Origin: Octopus vulgaris
Lineage: Eukaryota
Direction: 5' to 3'
Length of the DNA: 64,000 bases
Assembly: GCA_951406725.2 (NCBI GenBank)
Contig: OX597822.1
Coordinates: 73,594,001 to 73,658,000, forward strand
The notes under the pieces are model-generated. The model did no database searches. It was not told where the DNA came from and was given only the letters and a program-made list of their open reading frames with translations. Every line of letters starts with the position of its first letter. The stretch's first letter is position 1. Position numbers and translations under genes: made by a program. Positions 1 through 56,743 of the stretch are shown in pieces.

Positions 1-367
1 GCGGGAGAGTAGGTAAAAAAAAAGAATCAAGGAATAAGTTGCAATATATTGATATATTTGTTTTTATCTTTTATTTTATTTAAACATTTTCTTTTTTAAA
101 ATCCGTTCTAAAAAATAAGAACAAAAACAAAAACAAGAAATGTAAAGAAAAAAAAATATATATAAACAACAACGAAATGTTAATTAAAAGAACATCAATT
201 GAGGGTTGGTGGTTGGGTGAACGGGGCTGTGGTGGTAGGTAAAGGGGGGTTGGGGCTGGGGTTAGGGTGGGGACGTTATGTGGGTCAAAAATATGTTCCA
301 CAAGTCTTTTTACACTTTGAATATGACCCATGTACAGTTTGTATGTTGAAGTTTTTTTTATTACAAA

Positions 368-756
368 GGAAGTGACGTCACAGTTTTTAAAATTTATTTA
401 TTCGTAATATATAATACAAAGGGATCGGGGCGGAAACGGGACATTGTGACGTTTGTGCATTTAAACAAAGCTATGTACAAGTTTTTCTTTTAAATATATT
501 TTTCGTAAAACTTTTTTTTTGTGTGTGTGTGGTTGTTTTCTCATTGATTAGTTGGGTATTAAACGCCGCCCTTTTTTTTTTTTTTTGGTCAGTAATGGTA
601 ATGGTAGCAGTGGTAGTGGTGGTGGTGGTGGTGGTGGTGGCGGTGGTGGTTGGGGGGTACATTCGTTTTCGTTTTTTTTTTTTGTTTTTTCTTGTTGTTG
701 GTTCTTTTTTTTTTTTTAGTGATGTCCTCGCAAAACGGAAACGGTTAAACATGGCG
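368..756. promoter_or_regulatory. Possible promoter of a neighbouring gene (ETS-CRE composite and YY1-like motifs)
   Basis: GGAAGTGACGTCA at 368-380 and AAACATGGCG at 747-756 in transposon-free sequence; no downstream CDS identified. Confidence 0.3.
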
Positions 757-943
757 AAGTGTTGTTGGTCTCAAGAAATGTCATTGGTCAAAAATTAACG
801 AATAATTTAAAGTCCGAAGATAACCTGAAAATAAAATAGGTGTGTGCTTCTTTGTGTGTGTGTGTGTATGTGTGTGCGTGCGTGCGCGTGTGTGTCTGTT
901 ATTCGTATAGACATATATTTATGTATGTTGGCAAGTATGTATG

Positions 944-997
<54 letters not shown>

Positions 998-1051
998 TAG
1001 ATAGATAGATAGGTAGAGAGAGAGATAAATATATATTGTTGTTGTTGTTGT

Positions 1052-1411
1052 TGCTGGCCCCGGCTGACAGTACCCGGTATGGGCCCCTATCCAGGGTTAC
1101 GGAAAGGAGACAACCTTCAAAGAAATCCGGCATGGAGCCCCGTAGGCGGTTTAGTGTTCGACTCGACACTCTTCCGGCAACTCCTGCAACCAAGCTGGTG
1201 CCAAACGTAATGTTCTGCACTCCTTTTGGAATACATCAGCAAGGTCGAGAGAGGATTCCTGACGATTGGGCTACCCAGGATTTTCTTACATCTAGCCCAG
1301 GCCTGCGCAAAACAGAAGAGGAAACTGGAGAGGACATGAAAGGTAAAAGCCAGACTGGATTAGTTTATGCGCAACTCCATTGTCTCCCGAGACAAAAGAA
1401 TGCCAACAACA
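1052..1411 (+). mobile_element. RTE-clade LINE 5'UTR-derived non-autonomous element
   Basis: GC-rich block with ccggcaactcctgc-accaagctggtgccaaacgta-gagagg-tgggctacccagga pattern that I recall from RTE/BovB 5'UTRs; bounded by (TTG)n and (CAA)n. Family call from memory. Confidence 0.55.
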
Positions 1412-1567
1412 ATATATACAGCATATTAATGGTTGGCAGTTAGAAGTTTTGTAGTTCTAGTTAATTAATCGATAAAATCAAGGCTCAATTAAATGTGAAA
1501 ACTGGTATATGGTGGTAAATTCTTCGAAACACGTGTAAGCTAAATAAACCATTGATATTGCATTTTG

Positions 1568-1619
<52 letters not shown>

Positions 1620-1645
1620 TATGCATGCATATATTTAAATATATA

Positions 1646-1696
<51 letters not shown>

Positions 1697-1745
1697 GTAT
1701 ATATATATATTTATTTATATATGTATATATATATTTATATATTTA

Positions 1746-1796
<51 letters not shown>

Positions 1797-1867
1797 TGTG
1801 ACCTCGTGAAGACTACCTGCAATTTTTTTTCCTCTGTCCTCCCGTCTCGGGATCTTTCTTTCTCCTA

Positions 1868-1904
1868 TGTTTCCGACGAAGAGCTCCGCTCGAAACGTCA
1901 TACC
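1868..1904 (+). ncRNA. Degenerate minimal hammerhead-like motif in a (TA)n-embedded element (about 1793-1998)
   Basis: gttt CCGACGA a GAGC tcc GCTC GAAA cg TC atac; core U4 changed to C. Confidence 0.5.
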
Positions 1905-2128
1905 CTCCTTCTTCCATTTTCTTGAGCGCCTAATAATAATAATACTGTAATTGTTCCACGTGTTGTTGTTTTTTCTGTTTTCCCGTTTGGATTAACCTTA
2001 TATATATATATATATATATATATGAGTGTATTTTTGCCTTGTTAACAATTAACACGGAAAAAATAAATAAATAGTTACCAAGGTAGCAAAAATTCACACA
2101 AGTAAAGAGGTTGTAACTCCTTGTTTTC

Positions 2129-2215
2129 ACTTCCCTGAAGAGAAGATTGCATTGTTTTATACCATTTATTCTTTTGAATAATATCAGTGAAATCTTCGAA
2201 ACATGTGTCGAAAGT
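2129..2215 (+). ncRNA. Type I minimal hammerhead ribozyme, core intact
   Basis: acttcc CTGAAGA GAAGATT(loop)AATCTTC GAAA catgtg TC gaaagt. 7-bp stem II, near-palindromic stem III, GUC site at 2207-2209, stem I 5/6 paired. Confidence 0.7.
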
Positions 2216-2275
2216 AAAAGTATTTGGTTTATACCTGAGTTAAACTCCATTGATATATATATATATATATATACA

Positions 2276-2332
<57 letters not shown>

Positions 2333-2909
2333 GAATATATATATATATATGTATATTGCTTACGTCATAAGTATTTGGAATTTTCGTGAGACATGAAATC
2401 ATTTTTAATGAGAAAACCATTTGGATGTAACATTTTAGACTTGGATTTTTCCCGTTAAAAACAATTCATATACATGTCTGTATATATGTATGTACGTACG
2501 TATGGATACGCATACACACATACACACCCACACAAACACACGCACATACACATATATACGTATAGATGTATATAGATGTATATTCGTGTAATGTTCAGGT
2601 GTTTATCATATATGGGGCATTATAAACATCGTTTACGATATTATCTGATACAGAACTCAATACAAACAAAAAAATCAAACCAAAATGTTACATCATAAGA
2701 AATTAAATTAGTCAAGTGTAACCTTTGTCTCAGCGGCTCATTGAGACTATAAACGATGAGGACTCGGAGTAAACTGTCACAATTTTTAATAAAATTATAT
2801 ACACACAGGGACACACACACACACACACACACAAACACACATGACATACACGCACATACTTAGTAATGCATTTATGTATGTTTGAATGTTTGTATGTATG
2901 TATGTATGT

Positions 2910-2940
<31 letters not shown>

Positions 2941-3025
2941 CACACACAAATACACACACACACACAAACACACACACATATATATATAATTGGATGACAG
3001 AGAAGAGGAACAGTGTAATCAAGTT

Positions 3026-3112
3026 CACTACCTTACAGCTGTTTCGTTCATAAGATGCAGTGTACTGAGAGCTGAGTGCATGTGCATTATCTTATAGCTT
3101 CCTCAGAGTAAT
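3026..3112 (-). ncRNA. Type I minimal hammerhead ribozyme, core intact
   Basis: Minus strand: attact CTGAGGA agc tataagat..gca..tgcatcttat gaac GAAA cagctg TA aggtagt. Palindromic ACAGCTGT stem III; stem I has one bulge. Confidence 0.62.
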
Positions 3113-3123
3113 TAAAAGCAAAT

Positions 3124-3168
<45 letters not shown>

Positions 3169-3220
3169 GTATATACATATATATACGTATATATATATAC
3201 ACACATTCATATATATATAC

Positions 3221-3338
<118 letters not shown>

Positions 3339-3715
3339 GTATGTATCAGTGTATAGAGTATGTATGTCTGTGTAGGGAGAAGTGAAACGAAACGCTAAAG
3401 CTTCTCCCCGTGCATGAACGAAGCAGATGTGATGTAAAATAACTCCAGTCGGGAATCGGATCCAGATCTAGAATTCTTTGACCAAACCTTTAGCCAATTA
3501 AACAGCACTGCAGTCTCACCACCACCCGCCTGTTCTCTTTCTCTTTCTCTCTGCACACAAACACAAAGCAATATAGATACCAGTGGTGTGACTGAAACGT
3601 CTGTTGCTCGGGGGTAGCCCTAGAGTTTGCCGCTCCCCTGCCGATACATATTCATTTTCCCCGAATAATAATCCTGAAAGAGTGACGTGTCAAGCTTCAA
3701 AGTGCATACACACAC

Positions 3716-3769
<54 letters not shown>

Positions 3770-3995
3770 AGAGAGAGAGAGAGAGAGAGAAATGGTTAGC
3801 TAGATATGTATGTATATGTATATGTATATATACATATATACATACACACACACACATATATGTATATATGTATATATATATGTATATGTATATATATATG
3901 TATATGCGGAGCACGGTACCAGAATTTTCGACTCCAGTCAAACTACTCCAAATCGTTGTTAGAGTATCTGCATGAGTGGAGTCAAGACCAGCCAG

Positions 3996-4088
<93 letters not shown>

Positions 4089-4293
4089 TTAACTGTTTTC
4101 TCATTGAATATGCACCAAGTGTACTCGGTGAATGGTGGTCAGTATATATATATATATAGAAGCATAGAACACATTTCTTTTTCGACGAATTCAATATCGT
4201 GGTGTATTTTGGAAACGTTTCCGTAATTATTTAGTCTGTTTTAAAGGCAGTTTCGGTGAAAGTCCCTTCGTGATGAAGATGGTGATGATGATA

Positions 4294-4337
<44 letters not shown>

Positions 4338-4863
4338 GAGGATAATGATGATCATGATGACGACGACCACGACGACGACGGTTTAAATAAATCCACGGTG
4401 TTTGTAGAATGTTGATCTTTAGCCTCGGTCGAGTTGACTCATGATCAAGAATATTCCAGCCTTGGCCACCACATCGTTCTTTTTTGGTAAGGCTACGTTA
4501 TTCAGCGCATTTCCCCACCCCCTTATTTAAAACTGTAATACTTTGCCATAGTAAGAACATGTACCGTCTAGGGTAGATCTTGAGTTTGCCAACGTCATCC
4601 TAGAAGACAATACATGTATACACAACAGAACCCCAAGTGCTGCTTTCATTAAAACGTCACCCGGGGCGGGCTGCTCCTCCTCGCTACGCCGCTGCATAGT
4701 GAGTGATTTCAGAGAGATTTCACTGCTATTTCGAGCGACCATGTAGCGGATTACTCGTTAGTTTGTTTCCAGTATGCAACATAAAAATATTTGTAACTAA
4801 TTAGCATATAAGAATTTAATTAAAATAAAGAGTGCAAAGGGATAATTTCTTTTTTATCTATGA

Positions 4864-5175
4864 GGTGCAGGTGTGGTTGCGAGGTAAGACTTTCGCTTCC
4901 CACCACATCGTTCTCAGTTCAGTCCCACTGCGTGGTACCTTGGGCAAGTATCTTCTACCATAACCCCGTGCCGATCAAAGCCTTGTGAGTGGATTTGGTA
5001 GATGGAAACTGAAAGAAGCCCTTCGCATGTGTGTGTGTGTGTGTTTACTATTTGTGTTTGTCCCCCACCATGTCCTCGTAAGCTAGCAGTTTGGCGAAAA
5101 GGGACTGACACAAGTATCACACTTCAATGCTGGGGTCGAGGCGGTGTCCCAGCAGGACCGCTGAAACAAGTAAAA
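4864..5175 (+). mobile_element. tRNA-derived SINE family A (diverged copy)
   Basis: Same head, core and tail as copies at 18406-18852, 30319-30660, 41289-41660(-), 42787-43143, 43325-43618(-), 55109-55533. Confidence 0.8.
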
Positions 5176-5777
5176 AAAAATATAGGTTAAAAGATAGAAG
5201 GAATAACAGCGCCGGTGGAAGGGAGAAAGATATCTTTAAACCGGAAACAAAAGGGAGAAAGATATCTTTAAACCGATTACAAAAGTTCTTTCTCCATTAA
5301 AAGCAATAATTTCTCTATCGCTGTCTCTAACGTCCATTTCTTATTTAAAATAGAAAAAAGTTTAATGTACCTGAGAAGATTTTAAGAGCCATCGCAGTAT
5401 ACCTTCGCCGTGTTTAAGGCACCAGAACTGGATGTTACAGAGACCAACGTTTCTTTACGGAGATTTAATGCTTACATAAATATGGACACACAAAAGTCTG
5501 ATCTAGCATTAGCAGATTGACGGTCAAAGACATTCCAACACAGACCATTCCAACATTTTTTCATTTCTTCTTCTTCTTCTTCTTCTTCTTCTTCTTCTTC
5601 TTCTTCTTCTTCTTCTTCTTCTTCCTTCTCCTCCTCCTCCTCCTCGCCCCTTATTTACCTCCACGTATAGCACAGGACGCCAACAAGAGACCACCCAAGG
5701 ATAGTCTAAGTCTATTAGTCCAATATTGTGCTCCTATTTCTTACATTCAACCTCCTCCCACTCACACAAGCCCACAC

Positions 5778-5814
<37 letters not shown>

Positions 5815-6203
5815 GAGACAGAGAGAGAGGTGGAGAGAACGCAATTCTTGTCAAATTGATTAAGGTGTCAACATACGTGATTTCTGAACCTTTGTTACTT
5901 GAACTCGTTAAGCGCGAGATTGAAATTTCCCGAAGAAGGCACAGAATATGTATTTAGTGTAAGGATTTTTAAGGACTGATTACTCTCTTCTAGTCCTATA
6001 CCTGCCTTAGTTCATTGTATCTAACTCAGAGTGATTTGTATAAGTCAGTTCGTTTAGGAATTGGATCAGAGAAGAAAGGAAGGAAAACCGAGAAAATGTG
6101 ATGATTTTATGAACCGATGCTGTTTATAGAAGAAATAAATTTAATAAATATATGACAAATGGGCAGTTGTATGTATGTGTGTATATATATATATTTGCGT
6201 ACA

Positions 6204-6246
<43 letters not shown>

Positions 6247-8020
6247 GTATGCATATATGTATCTATATACAGATTTGTGTATGTATATGTGTCTATGTAC
6301 ATGTATGTGTATGTATATGTATGTATATATATATGTGAATTTTTGTTAGTGTGTGGTGTGTGTGCGTCATTGCGATCTTCAGGCGACAACACTTGAAGAT
6401 TGCAACGGTATACAACTCGATTCATGAAGTAAGCATTCAGTTTCAGTTGCCCATATACTCTATAACATGTATTCAGCACTACTCTCATTCATTCAACACT
6501 ATTCAACATATACATATATATATAGTGATATATATATACACACATGCACACACACATATGTACAAGTATGTTGTAAGTGTGCGTTTGTATGTGTAGATAA
6601 ATATATTTATACCACACACGCGTGCGCGCACACAAATACACACACAACAAACACATATACACACATACACATCTATGTATCCGTCGCCAAATAGTTTATG
6701 CCAGTCTAAGCTTAACAAATACCCAAGCAAAGTAAATCCTAAGACGAAACAATAAAACTGTCAATCGGAAAATGACCAGACATCTATTTCATGGACGTTC
6801 TCATAACATTCTCCAGTCTATTCATCCTCTATTTTGTTGTAAATTATGTCCCTCATTTAACACCAAAGTTCTACTGGGCATACGTTACATACGTCCAATA
6901 GTACTTCTACGACAGTTTCAAGCCATTTCCACGATGGTAAATTCAGCCACCTTCTCAAGCCAGTAGTATTACGTATAAATGTTATACGTCTCTGACGATT
7001 CGACATTGTTTTGATTATGCAATATACAGTATATAACTAATTATCACCTTATGTTAATGAAATGCACGTAAGCCGATGTAACTGAATGTCTTATAGAAAA
7101 GTCTCATGTTTTGTTTTGCTTTCTCTCTATATATACATATATGCTCTGAGAGGTCAGGAAAGAACAGCAGCACGGATTCATCAAACCGGGCCAACAGGTA
7201 GGAAACCTAGGGGAATCCAAGAATGAGATGGTTGGTTAATATCCATAATCTCAGTTGGACGCACTTGGGAATGGAGCCGGAAAGTGTAATGATGGTTGCG
7301 TCTGTTAGATCCTACGGAGGAAGTACCTGAGAACCCCCACGACTCTCCCAGGAATAGTGAGCAGAGAGGATGGATGAATGGATGGATGGATGGATAGATG
7401 AATAGATGGATATCTACATATACACACATCTGTCATATAAAAACAGAGACACTCACGCGTGCGCACGCACGCACACACACACACACACACTAGTCAAACG
7501 ACTATTGAGTTCCTTGTAGATGTTGCACAGCGGTTTATGCTCGATGATCTGAAGGATAACTTGTATAATATATACAAATATATTTTTATTTGGTGCTCAT
7601 TCGAATGCTTGTAGGTTCAAAAATTTTCATTGAAATGTATTATTATTTGTTTTCTTATTTACTATTCCTGAGTTTCTGTGTGGTTACTAGATGTGGCATC
7701 CAGGGGTTTCTAGCCAATTGTTGATATAGAACAGCGGCGGTCTTCGTCATTGCTTTATGCTGCGAACCCCATCCTGTCCTACTTTTGAGTATAGCTTGAA
7801 ATGCTACATTAAGAACATATAGCTGAATTCAGCCTTAGTGTTCATTTAAAATTTCAAGGCTCTCAATAAGCCATAATTTTAGTCATGATCGATATCTCCC
7901 ATTTGCAATGATTTCTTTATAATCTTGTTGGAAAGGAAGCTCATTTTATAATCATAAAATCTCCAACTTCAGCTAGAGATTTCTTTGAAGAGTTTATTTG
8001 CCAGGAATGTAACATAAATT

Positions 8021-8797
8021 ATTTCAAATTTTGGCACAAGGCCTCAAGCGTTTGGGGGTGGGGGCTAGTCGATTACGTCTCCCCCACTGCTCAACTGATA
8101 CTTATTTTCCGACTCGGCAGAATTTGAACTCGGTGTAAGGAACCGGAAGATATAGCACAAGGCATTTTGTTCGACGCTCTAACATCCTTCAGATGTTTAA
8201 TAATGGTTTCACAAGCCAGCGGTTTCGGGGTAGGGGGTAAGTTAGTTAGTTACATCGACCCCAGTGATCAATTGGTATTTATTTTATCGACCCCCGAAAG
8301 GATGAAAGGCAAAATCGACCTCGGCGGAATTTGAACTCAGAACGTAAGGACGATTCTACTAGCTCACCGCCTTCAAATGCTTAATAATGACAAATAAAAG
8401 ATAAATATAAGAGAAAGGTATACCTATTTCTTTACTACCCACAAGGGGCTAAACACAGAGAGGACAAACAAGGACAGACAAACGGATTAAGTCGATTACA
8501 TCGACCCCAGTGCGTAACTGGTACTTAATTTATCGACCCCGAAAGGATGAAAGGCAAAGTCGACCGCGGCGGAATTTGAACTCAGAACGTAACGGTAGAC
8601 GAAATACGGCTACGCATTTCGCCCGGCGTGCTAACGTTTCTGCCAGCTCGCCGCCTTTAAACGGATTAAGTCGATTACATCGACCCCAGTGCGTAACTGG
8701 TATTTATTTTATCGACTCCGAAAGGATGAAAAGCAAAATCGACCTCGGCTGAATTTGAACTCAGAACGTAAGGACGATTCTACTAGCTCGCCGCCTT
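8021..8797 (-). mobile_element. Cluster of four SINE family B copies
   Basis: Repeated cgaccccgaaaggatgaaaggcaaagtcgacctcggcggaatttgaactcagaacg core; complete copy at about 8421-8657. Confidence 0.85.
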
Positions 8798-9147
8798 CAA
8801 ATGCTTAATAATGACAAATAAGAGATAAAATGTAACAGAAAGGCATACCTATTATCTATTTTCCTATTTAATTAGCGATATTACATTTTTGTGGCGTTGT
8901 TTATTGTTTCCGTAGTTATCTTCTCTTTTTTTTTAAGTTAGAGGAAAGAGAAAGAGAGAGATCAACACTCATGATCTTAAAGGACCTTTTAGATTGGTTC
9001 AAATAGGACCCAGCCTGAACATCTGTAAGTAAATCTGATCAGTCAGGGAAGTGAGGGTCTAGTATCAGCGATCGTAACCGAGGGGACAATTAAATACCCA
9101 TTGATAGTAAACATTGTAAAACAACGTCTCATTATCAGAAACATCGT

Positions 9148-9497
9148 ATCGTAGTTACTTGTGTATAAGTCGATCTATTTTATATTTGATTTCAACTGAG
9201 AAAAGTGGGATGCAACTAATACACGGAGCAAAGCTGAAACTATTTACGTGTATATAAGTCGGGCTTTTTATTTGATTCTAACTATGAAAAAAAAAGTGAC
9301 TGGGCTGCGATTTATATACGGGGCAAAGCTGAAACTATTTACTCATGTATAAATAACACTATTTTATACTGATTTTAGCAGCAAAAAAAAACTCGATACG
9401 ACCTATACACGTGACAGTGTTAAAACTATGAAAGGAAAATATTTTGTAGCAAGATTTAACATGAAATTAGGCACTCGACTTATACACGATATTCACA
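9148..9497. mobile_element. MITE-like element with three ~90-bp internal units
   Basis: Terminal gtgtataagtcga / tcgacttatacac inverted motifs; gcaaagctgaaactatttac recurs between units. Confidence 0.55.
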
Positions 9498-9959
9498 TAT
9501 GCATTAATCGCAAAATAAACCTTCTCTTTCATTCAGTCCATCCACATCCACAACAACTGAAGTCTTTGCTTTTTACCCTTTTTTTATGTTTCTGTTAGTT
9601 TTTCTTATTCGTGTTTTGATCTCTATAATTTTCGTTTTTTTTTATATATTATTTATCTTGTGTATTTGAGCGCGCATGCTTCTTACGCTTATTTCATTAG
9701 ATTACCTATCATAATTACGTTAATTTTTATCTTTATTCTCATCATCATCATCACCATCGTATTATCATTGTCATTGTCGTTGTCGTCGTTATCATCATAG
9801 TTTAATGCACATCAAAAACAACACATGTCTCCACGGGTTTGATGAATTCACCTCATCACAGTCTGATATCAAATGCTTTAAAATGTGATAATTTCGTACT
9901 ACATATACCACATTGAAGCATATAGATATTTTGTAAAATCAGACTGTGTTAACCAAAGC

Positions 9960-10630
9960 GCCGTGGTATACTTATATTGTGCAAAGAACTGCTCTGGTAA
10001 GACCATTATGTAGAAATAAATATGGTAAGGTCACACTCTATGCTTATATGCTAAGCTCGTATTGTACAAAGAACTTTTAGGTCATACTGTAAAAAGCATT
10101 AAGATCACAAAATATAAAGGTCAGTATTAAAAAAAATCATACTCCATAAATATCTGTGGTAAGTTCTTGCTATACGGTAAAATCATAAAGTACAAAGAAC
10201 TGTGATAAGATCATGCTGTACACATACCAGTGCTAAGATCATGTTTTGCGAAGACCGTTATTAAGGTCATACCGTATTAAGAACTACAGCCGGACCGTAA
10301 TGTACAAAAGTTTGTGCTGAGATAGCTTTACATAGAACTGTGGGAAATTCAAACATTGTAAAGAGCTACGGTAGGATCATTACGAGTAAGTACAAAGCTA
10401 TCTGTACTATATAGTACTGTGGTTAAGATCGCCTTGTACAAAGAGCTAATGTAAGATCATACACTCAAGAACGAACTGCAGAAAGATCATAATGTAGAAA
10501 GGTCATAAAATGCTATGATCTTATTAAGATCTTATTGTACAAAGAACCTTAAGATCTCTATCTAATACCGTGGGTAGAGATCGTGTACAAATAGCCAAGG
10601 TAAGGACATAATCTATAGAACCATGTGGTA
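9960..10630. repeat. Highly degenerate ~30-bp minisatellite
   Basis: Roughly twenty variants of ATACTGTACAAAGAACTGTGGTAAGATC (copy number estimated by eye). Confidence 0.75.
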
Positions 10631-11393
10631 ATAAGATGTCTAAGAAGCCATAAAATGGTGTCAGAGTGTAAGGGGGCAAGTCAGTACTCGGCTCGTCCAT
10701 CATTTTGGATTTTTAAAAATCTCTTTCTGTTTGTTTACTTTGTTGGTATTTATTTGATAATTAATTAATTTTTGGTTTCGTTCTCGTCTCTAATGTCCGC
10801 GATAGGGCTATGGGAGAGGGGATCACCTTTGTAGTATTTTTTTGCCGTATTTCGGTACACATAGAACACATGATACGAAAATGAAAAAAAAAAAAAAAAT
10901 TTACGTAGAGAATATTTTTCTATCTTCTCTTGAAAAAAAAAATGAAAAAAAAAAAAAAAAAATAAAGAACTGTCTTTTTCTACATCACCGAAATATAAAA
11001 TGTATATATATATAATAAAAATATATATATCCGGGTATGTAGAGTGTACATAAAATTAAGATGTAATTAATTAAGAAATGTAATTAACAACAATATAATT
11101 TAAATAATGTGGGAGAAACTAATTGTTCTGTTTTGTTGGTTTCACTGGGAATGAGGTTATGTTGGAATAATCACTGCTGTTATCATTATCATTATCATTA
11201 TTATTATCATTATTATTATTATTATTACTATTATTATTGATGGTGTTGGTGTTGTTATCGCTGTCAATAATTAATGATGATAAATGAGGAAAAATAATTT
11301 CGAAAAATCGGAGAATTGGATTTCTGTCAATTGTTGGAAACAACTGAACAGATTTCGTTTCATGTAGTTTACGCGTACGTGTGTATGTGCGTG

Positions 11394-11515
<122 letters not shown>

Positions 11516-11601
11516 ATGCCTATATTTACGTATAATCGTGCGTGCCAATAAATGTAGCTTTGGCAAATCTGTAAAATCCGGTATGGAATCATATATATAT
11601 A

Positions 11602-11636
<35 letters not shown>

Positions 11637-11818
11637 ATGTATGTATGTATGTATGTATGTATGCATGTATGTATGTGTTGAATCAGCTGGTGGTTCACTT
11701 CATTCTACGTCACCTGAGTTTAAATAGGCAACTTGGAGATACATTCGAGATATTAACTTCACATCATGTATTGAGTACGTTTTTTCCTTTTTCTACAACA
11801 ATGTGCGCGCATGTGCAT

Positions 11819-11862
<44 letters not shown>

Positions 11863-11955
11863 ATAATATATATATACACACACAGATATATACATGCGTA
11901 CATATATACATACACATATTTTATACTTCTATACATGTATATGTGTATATGTCTG

Positions 11956-11992
<37 letters not shown>

Positions 11993-12297
11993 ATAGTATG
12001 TATGTATAATCGTGCGCACATGGGGAAATAACAAGAGATTCCCGTTTTACCATTGTTTTAATTTTTGTTTTTGTTTGTTTCTGTTTTGCTTTGTAGAATA
12101 AACCAATTTGTCCCGTTTTTCTTTTGAGTGAGAAAAAAAAAATGAAAGAATTGTGTATTATGAATTGCAATTTTGGTTTTTTTTTTCTGTAATTTTCTGT
12201 CTTTTTTTCCTCCTTTGTTCTTGGCAGTTATTTAGATCAAACCCAGTGGAAATAATGGATACATTCCATTGTCTCAGGCTTCGTAACAACATATGTC

Positions 12298-56289
<43,992 letters not shown>

Positions 56290-56629
56290 CTGTGAAAAAA
56301 GTATATTTAATTGAAAGAATAAAATACATAAATTGATAAGTCAGAATTATATTTAATATTGATAGGAGAGTATGGTAGTTCGCTTGAAGCATTGTGTATT
56401 GTTTTTAAAATATAATGTGTCTTGAATGACACAACAATGCACTGTTGTAATTTAATTATCCATAATCTGATATAATAATATTTCGGAATACAAAATTTCC
56501 TTCTTCAGATATCACTAGGAATTGTTCGAGTCACTGCTACAATCTGCACGTGTACTGTAAAACTTAGAAGAAGCGATGCGGATGTGCCAACACATACGAG
56601 CTTGAGACATCGCCATTCATATATATATT

Positions 56630-56684
<55 letters not shown>

Positions 56685-56697
56685 GTATGTATGTATG

Positions 56698-56731
<34 letters not shown>

Positions 56732-56743
56732 TGTATATATATA

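Noticed and set aside
807-1443. Overlapping 137-aa and 135-aa ORFs
   Set aside because: They lie over an RTE 5'UTR-like repeat and microsatellite; no protein motif.
9960-10630. CRISPR-like periodicity
   Set aside because: Adjacent degenerate units with no unique spacers, no cas genes, eukaryotic context.
10749-10966. Poly(A) signal for the RTK (minus AATAAA at 10749-10754) or for a plus-strand gene (10961)
   Set aside because: AATAAA is common in such AT-rich DNA; strand and use cannot be assigned.
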